Shown here: one piece after another, positions 46,550-52,064 of the stretch
Numbering within the stretch: position 1 is the first letter of the stretch
Layout of the letters: every line of letters begins with the position of its first letter
Assembly (NCBI GenBank): GCA_900754695.1
Contig: CAAEDU010000044.1
Span: forward strand, 1 to 52,064
Source: Clostridia bacterium
GTDB lineage: Bacteria; Bacillota; Clostridia; Christensenellales; CAG-917
Direction of reading: 5' to 3'
Length of the DNA stretch: 52,064 nucleotides
The notes under the pieces: model-generated
The model's input: the letters and a program-made list of their open reading frames with translations, nothing else
What the model was told of the DNA's origin: nothing
The model's database searches: none
Translations under genes and position numbers: made by a program

Positions 46550-47716
46550 TTACAGTTTTTCTCTGTACTCTTTCCTCTTCGGGAACTGCTTGACTTCAAA
46601 CGCCGCGTCCAGCCTGCGCAGCAGGTCTTTCTGCTCGCGCGTGACATTCCTCGGCACCTCCACCGTCACCTTGACGAAGAGGTCGCCGTTGTCGGAGCCG
46701 CGCAGCTTTTTCACGCCGCAGCCCTTCATCTTGAACACCGTGCCGGACTGCGTCCCTTCGGGGACTTTGAGGTCCTTAGCGCCCTTCAGCGTCGGCACGG
46801 AAAGGGTGCACCCGAGCGCCGCCTCCGAGATGGTGACGGGGATCTCGAGCTGCAAGTCGCTCCCCACGCGCTTGAAAAGCTTGTGAGGTTTCACCGTGAT
46901 CTCTACGACAAGTGAGCCGCGGTCGCCGCCGTTCCTGCCCCCGTTGCCTTCGCCGGCATACGTGATGGTCTGACCGTTATCGATGCCCGCAGGCACGTTG
47001 ATGGTGATCTCACGCACACGCTCCACTCTGCCCTGACCGTTGCACGCTTTGCAGGGCTCGGTGATGACTCTGCCCGTCCCGCGGCAGGTGGGACACACGC
47101 CCGTGCTGCTGAACTGCCCGAAGGGGGTGCGCTGCACCTGGGTGACATGTCCCGATCCGTTGCAGGTGGCGCAGGTCTTGAAGGCTTTGCCGTCCTTGGC
47201 GCCCGTGCCGCCGCACGCCGAACACGACTCGACGCGGCGCACGTTGATCTTTTTCTGCACGCCGAACGCCGCCTCTTCAAAGGTGAGGGTGAGCCCGACG
47301 CGGATGTCGGAGCCCCTCTGCGGAGCGCCCGCGCGGGACTGCTGAGACCTCCCGCCTCCGAAGCCGCTGAATATGGACGAGAAGATGTCGTCCATATCGA
47401 AGCTGAACCCCTGTCCGCCATGGGTGCCGAACCCGCCGAAGCCGCCGAAACCGCCGCCTCCGCCCGCGCCGCCCATGGGACCGTTCTCGGAGCCGTAGGT
47501 GTCGTAAGCCGCGCGTTTCTGCGGGTCGGAGAGCACGTCGTAGGCATGGTTCACCTCTTTGAACTTCGCCTCGGCGTCCTTCTTTTCCGCCTCGCTCGCG
47601 CCGGCGTACATATCGGGGTGATACTTCTTGGCGAGTTTGCGGTAAGCGGATTTGAGCTCATCCGCGCTCGCGTTCTTGTCCACGCCCAATATTTCGTAAT
47701 AACTCTTGTCTGCCAT
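46550..47716 (-). CDS. dnaJ: Molecular chaperone DnaJ
   Basis: 388 aa. J domain with HPD, G/F region, four CxxCxGxG zinc motifs. Confidence 0.97.
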   Translation of the reverse strand: MADKSYYEILGVDKNASADELKSAYRKLAKKYHPDMYAGASEAEKKDAEAKFKEVNHAYDVLSDPQKRAAYDTYGSENGPMGGAGGGGGFGGFGGFGTHGGQGFSFDMDDIFSSIFSGFGGGRSQQSRAGAPQRGSDIRVGLTLTFEEAAFGVQKKINVRRVESCSACGGTGAKDGKAFKTCATCNGSGHVTQVQRTPFGQFSSTGVCPTCRGTGRVITEPCKACNGQGRVERVREITINVPAGIDNGQTITYAGEGNGGRNGGDRGSLVVEITVKPHKLFKRVGSDLQLEIPVTISEAALGCTLSVPTLKGAKDLKVPEGTQSGTVFKMKGCGVKKLRGSDNGDLFVKVTVEVPRNVTREQKDLLRRLDAAFEVKQFPKRKEYREKL

Positions 47717-47803
47717 ATCCTTTCACCGCCCTCGGCGGCACAGAAGCGCGAGTGACCGCGCTTCGTCGCGCGCGTGAGGTGCGCGCCTGCCCTTCAAGCG
47801 GAC

Positions 47804-47826
47804 GCAGGGCGCGTGATGCGCCCTGC
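47804..47826 (-). other. 9-bp GC hairpin in the dnaK-dnaJ intergenic region
   Basis: GCAGGGCGC gtgat GCGCCCTGC, no U-tract. Possible processing or partial termination site. Confidence 0.35.
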
Positions 47827-47838
47827 CCGCCTCTCGTT

Positions 47839-49734
<1,896 letters not shown>

Positions 49735-49813
49735 TTATGTCTCCGCTTTCGCGGTGAACTTTCTTGTTGTCTGTTTTGCTCAAAGACGGTGTTAAGCCTG
49801 CGTTTTTGCTCGT

Positions 49814-50395
49814 TCAGCACCCGACTTTGACGCTTGCGGGGCGCAGCACCTTGCCGTTCAGCGTATAGCCTTTGGCAAGCACCGCCACCACTTTGCCTTC
49901 TTTTCCCTCCGCCTTTTCACGCTCGACGGCGGACATCTCGGCGGCGTCGAAGTCCTTCCCTTCCGCCTCGATCTCTTTGAGACCGAATGCTTCGAGGGCG
50001 TCCAGGATCTGACGCTCCATCATGTTGAACCCGGTGAGCGCGGACTCGTCCGTGATATACTTCCTTGCGAGGTCGCAGTTGTCCAGCACGGTCAGCATCT
50101 TCTCGATGACCATGGACTTCCCGAGGGCTTTCATCTCCTCCGAAAGAGCCGCATTGCGCTTGCGGTAGTTGTCGAAGTCCGCTTGCAGGCGCAGCGCCAT
50201 GTTCTTCGCGGACGCCGCCTCCGCGACGCATTGTCCCACCTTCTCCTCGAGCGCCGCGATGTATTCTTCATCGCTCATGCTCTCGCGGTCGATGACGTTC
50301 TCTTCCGCCTTTTCGGAGCTCTCCTCCGCCGCGGTCTCGGTCTTTGCGGCTGTTTCCGCCGCTTTCTTTTCTTTCTTGTCTTTCATTTCACTCAT
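49814..50395 (-). CDS. grpE: Nucleotide exchange factor GrpE
   Basis: About 193 aa with the GrpE core (LRLQADFDNYRKR). The start is ambiguous among ATG 50395, ATG 50386 and TTG 50413. Overlaps the hrcA stop. Confidence 0.9.
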   Translation of the reverse strand: MSEMKDKKEKKAAETAAKTETAAEESSEKAEENVIDRESMSDEEYIAALEEKVGQCVAEAASAKNMALRLQADFDNYRKRNAALSEEMKALGKSMVIEKMLTVLDNCDLARKYITDESALTGFNMMERQILDALEAFGLKEIEAEGKDFDAAEMSAVEREKAEGKEGKVVAVLAKGYTLNGKVLRPASVKVGC

Positions 50396-51434
50396 TGTCC
50401 TTGTCGTCGTCAAGCACCGTTCCCAGCGCCTTCTTGATGTAGTCCAGCACGCCGATGACCTTCTTGTAGTCCATGCGCTCGGGGCCTATGACCCCCGCTC
50501 TGCCCACCACCTCGTCACCCACCTTGTAGGCTGCGGTGATGATGGCGCACTTGTCAACGCCGCTGTCCTCCTTGCCTATCCTCACCGAAAACTCTATGCT
50601 GTCCTCGGGGTCGGCAAGCAGCTCGGACACGCTGTCGTGGTCGGAGATGACGGCGAGGAAGTTTTTGGCGTCCTCCACGTTGTTATACTCCGGATAGTCG
50701 AGCATCTTGAGCGCGCCCTCCACCACGACGTCGTCGCCGTGCTCCGCCATGTAGGTCTGTATGATGGCGAGCACCGCGTCGAATATGTCGCGGAAGCCGT
50801 CCGTTTCGGCGTTGAGTTCGCTGTCAAGGTCGATGCTCTCGAGCTCCCCCAGCGTCCTGCCCGCAAACACGTTGTTGAGCATCCTGGTGGCGGAGTCGAT
50901 ATACTCGTGCCTGACGCCGTCCGTGATGTCGATGGTCTTGTCGGCGATGATTCCCTCATCCGTGACGATGAGCACCAGCACCTTCCCGCCCTTCAGGGGC
51001 ACCAGCTTTATCTCATCGATGACCACGTTCACGCCGCGGTTGGAGACAAAGAATGAGGTGTAGTTGGTCACGTCGCTGATGATCTCCGCCGCGCGCTTGG
51101 AGATGTCCCGCACCTCGGAGAGCTTGTCGGCGAACCTGCTGCGGATGAACGCGGTCTCCGCGTCCGTGAGCGCTCCCGCCCCCATCGCCTCGATGTCGCC
51201 CACATAGAGCTGATAGGCGGGCTTCAAAGGCACGCGCCCCGCGGAAGTGTGCGGCTGATCCACATACCCGAGCGCCTCCAATGCGCTGAGTTCGGCGCGG
51301 ATGGTGGCGGAACTGACCTCGGGCATATACCCCTTCTGGATGTCCGAGCTGGACACCGGCTGCCCCGTGGCGATATAAAGATCCACCAAAACATGGAGAA
51401 TCTTTTTTTTCCTTTCGCTCAGTTCCTTGCTCAT
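50388..51434 (-). CDS. hrcA: Heat-inducible transcriptional repressor HrcA
   Basis: 348 aa from MSKELSERKKKILHVLVDLY, winged-helix N-terminus, GGAGG RBS. Confidence 0.93.
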   Translation of the reverse strand: MSKELSERKKKILHVLVDLYIATGQPVSSSDIQKGYMPEVSSATIRAELSALEALGYVDQPHTSAGRVPLKPAYQLYVGDIEAMGAGALTDAETAFIRSRFADKLSEVRDISKRAAEIISDVTNYTSFFVSNRGVNVVIDEIKLVPLKGGKVLVLIVTDEGIIADKTIDITDGVRHEYIDSATRMLNNVFAGRTLGELESIDLDSELNAETDGFRDIFDAVLAIIQTYMAEHGDDVVVEGALKMLDYPEYNNVEDAKNFLAVISDHDSVSELLADPEDSIEFSVRIGKEDSGVDKCAIITAAYKVGDEVVGRAGVIGPERMDYKKVIGVLDYIKKALGTVLDDDKDNE

Positions 51435-51471
51435 AGCGACCTCCGCCGATTTCCGAGGGACGTCCGGAGTG

Positions 51472-51498
51472 TTAGCACTCCACAACTCCGACTGCTAA
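51472..51498. promoter_or_regulatory. CIRCE operator
   Basis: TTAGCACTC-N9-GACTGCTAA (one mismatch to TTAGCACTC-N9-GAGTGCTAA), immediately downstream of the -10. Confidence 0.9.
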
Positions 51499-51499
51499 C

Positions 51500-51528
51500 A
51501 GTATATTTCTTAGTCTGCCAGATGTCAA
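51500..51528 (-). promoter_or_regulatory. hrcA-grpE-dnaK-dnaJ promoter
   Basis: Minus strand TTGACA (51523-28), 17 nt, TATACT (51500-05). Confidence 0.75.
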
Positions 51529-51727
51529 CGGTTTTAGTCAAAATTCGCAGAAATTTTTTTCGCATCCCGCACCCGCGACCTTGAGTAAGAACAACACCCG
51601 CGCACGACGCAGCCTTTGCGCCCGCAGGAGGGGGTCTCTTACTCCCATGTCAGGGGACGGCAGCTTGTTTTTTTCCCCGAGCACGCCGCAACCTCCGCGC
51701 GGGCGTTGCTTATTTTCGTATAACTCC

Positions 51728-51845
51728 GAAACAACCGGGGACGGGGCAAAAATGTTCAACTCGGACGAATACATTCGAGTTGAACATTTGCGCACCCATA
51801 CCCCGCAAGCGGGTACCCCTGCTTTACCCCGTCCCCGGTTGTTTC
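51728..51845. repeat. 118-nt nested perfect inverted-repeat element
   Basis: Outer 19-bp arms GAAACAACCGGGGACGGGG (51728-46) / CCCCGTCCCCGGTTGTTTC (51827-45). Inner 14-bp arms AAATGTTCAACTCG (51750-63) / CGAGTTGAACATTT (51776-89). Third small hairpin TACCC..GGGTA. Confidence 0.8.
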
Positions 51846-51944
51846 AAAATCGAGCAGGCGGCGTCGGGGTCCCCGCGGGAAAAATCTTTGTTTTTTTGCG
51901 TGGGGTAAACTTGCGTCAGCGAAAGGTTGGAATCCGCCCGCAGA

Positions 51945-51977
51945 GAACAAGGAAACCCGCTCAATTGAGCGGGTTTC
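51945..51977 (-). terminator. Hairpin downstream of tRNA-Thr
   Basis: GAAACCCGCTC aatt GAGCGGGTTTC, 11-bp stem; weak U-tract (CCTTGTTCTC). Confidence 0.55.
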
Positions 51978-51979
51978 TG

Positions 51980-52055
51980 TGGAGCTGGTGGGCGGATTCG
52001 AACCGCCGACCTATTCATTACGAGTGAATCGCTCTGCCTGCTGAGCCACACCAGC
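51980..52055 (-). tRNA. tRNA-Thr (anticodon CGU), CCA encoded
   Basis: Hand-folded cloverleaf: acceptor GCTGGTG/CACCAGC, D arm GCTC..GAGC, anticodon loop CTCGTAA, T arm GGCGG TTCGAAT CCGCC. Confidence 0.9.
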
Positions 52056-52064
52056 TTACCGTGC

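Overview
Chromosomal segment of about 58-60% GC. I infer a Clostridia-like Firmicute from the gene order hrcA-grpE-dnaK-dnaJ-prmA-rsmE-mtaB...rpsU, the CIRCE operator and a split PurH/PurO. Most genes lie on the minus strand. In order, the window holds: a phd-doc toxin-antitoxin pair; class I ribonucleotide reductase nrdAB with NrdR-box-like sites; and an F-type ATP synthase operon atpB-E-F-(H'::A)-G-D-C. In that operon only the C-terminal domain of delta is present, fused to alpha, and the c subunit has a long N-terminal extension. Next come a GPH-family sugar symporter, tRNA-Ser(UGA), and an unassigned three-gene operon (2-TM protein, PfkB kinase, 2-hydroxyacid dehydrogenase). Then a nine-gene purine operon purE-M-N-(purO-like)-H-D-L-guaB-folD. 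An accessory block follows: zinc-ribbon membrane protein, XRE regulator, esterase lipoprotein, amidohydrolase plus prolyl-aminopeptidase-like hydrolase, a GH18 lipoprotein with a truncated paralog, and another lipoprotein. A lower-GC degraded integrative remnant sits next to tRNA-Val(CAC). The window ends with rpsU, a HIT protein, the heat-shock/ribosome-modification cluster and tRNA-Thr(CGU). The most unusual feature is a 1.75 kb ORF-free stretch (40849-42583) inside the degraded element. It holds nine same-strand near-consensus promoters, each followed by a short hairpin-rich segment, most ending in a hairpin plus U-tract (the terminator is weak for modules 1, 3 and 7), in at least two sequence families. 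Other leads: a dispersed intergenic dyad motif ATGCC-N5-GGAAT, nested perfect inverted repeats upstream of hrcA, and a purE leader with terminator/antiterminator logic but no recognisable purine or ZTP aptamer. All calls come from reading the sequence and ORF translations by eye; no database searches were run.
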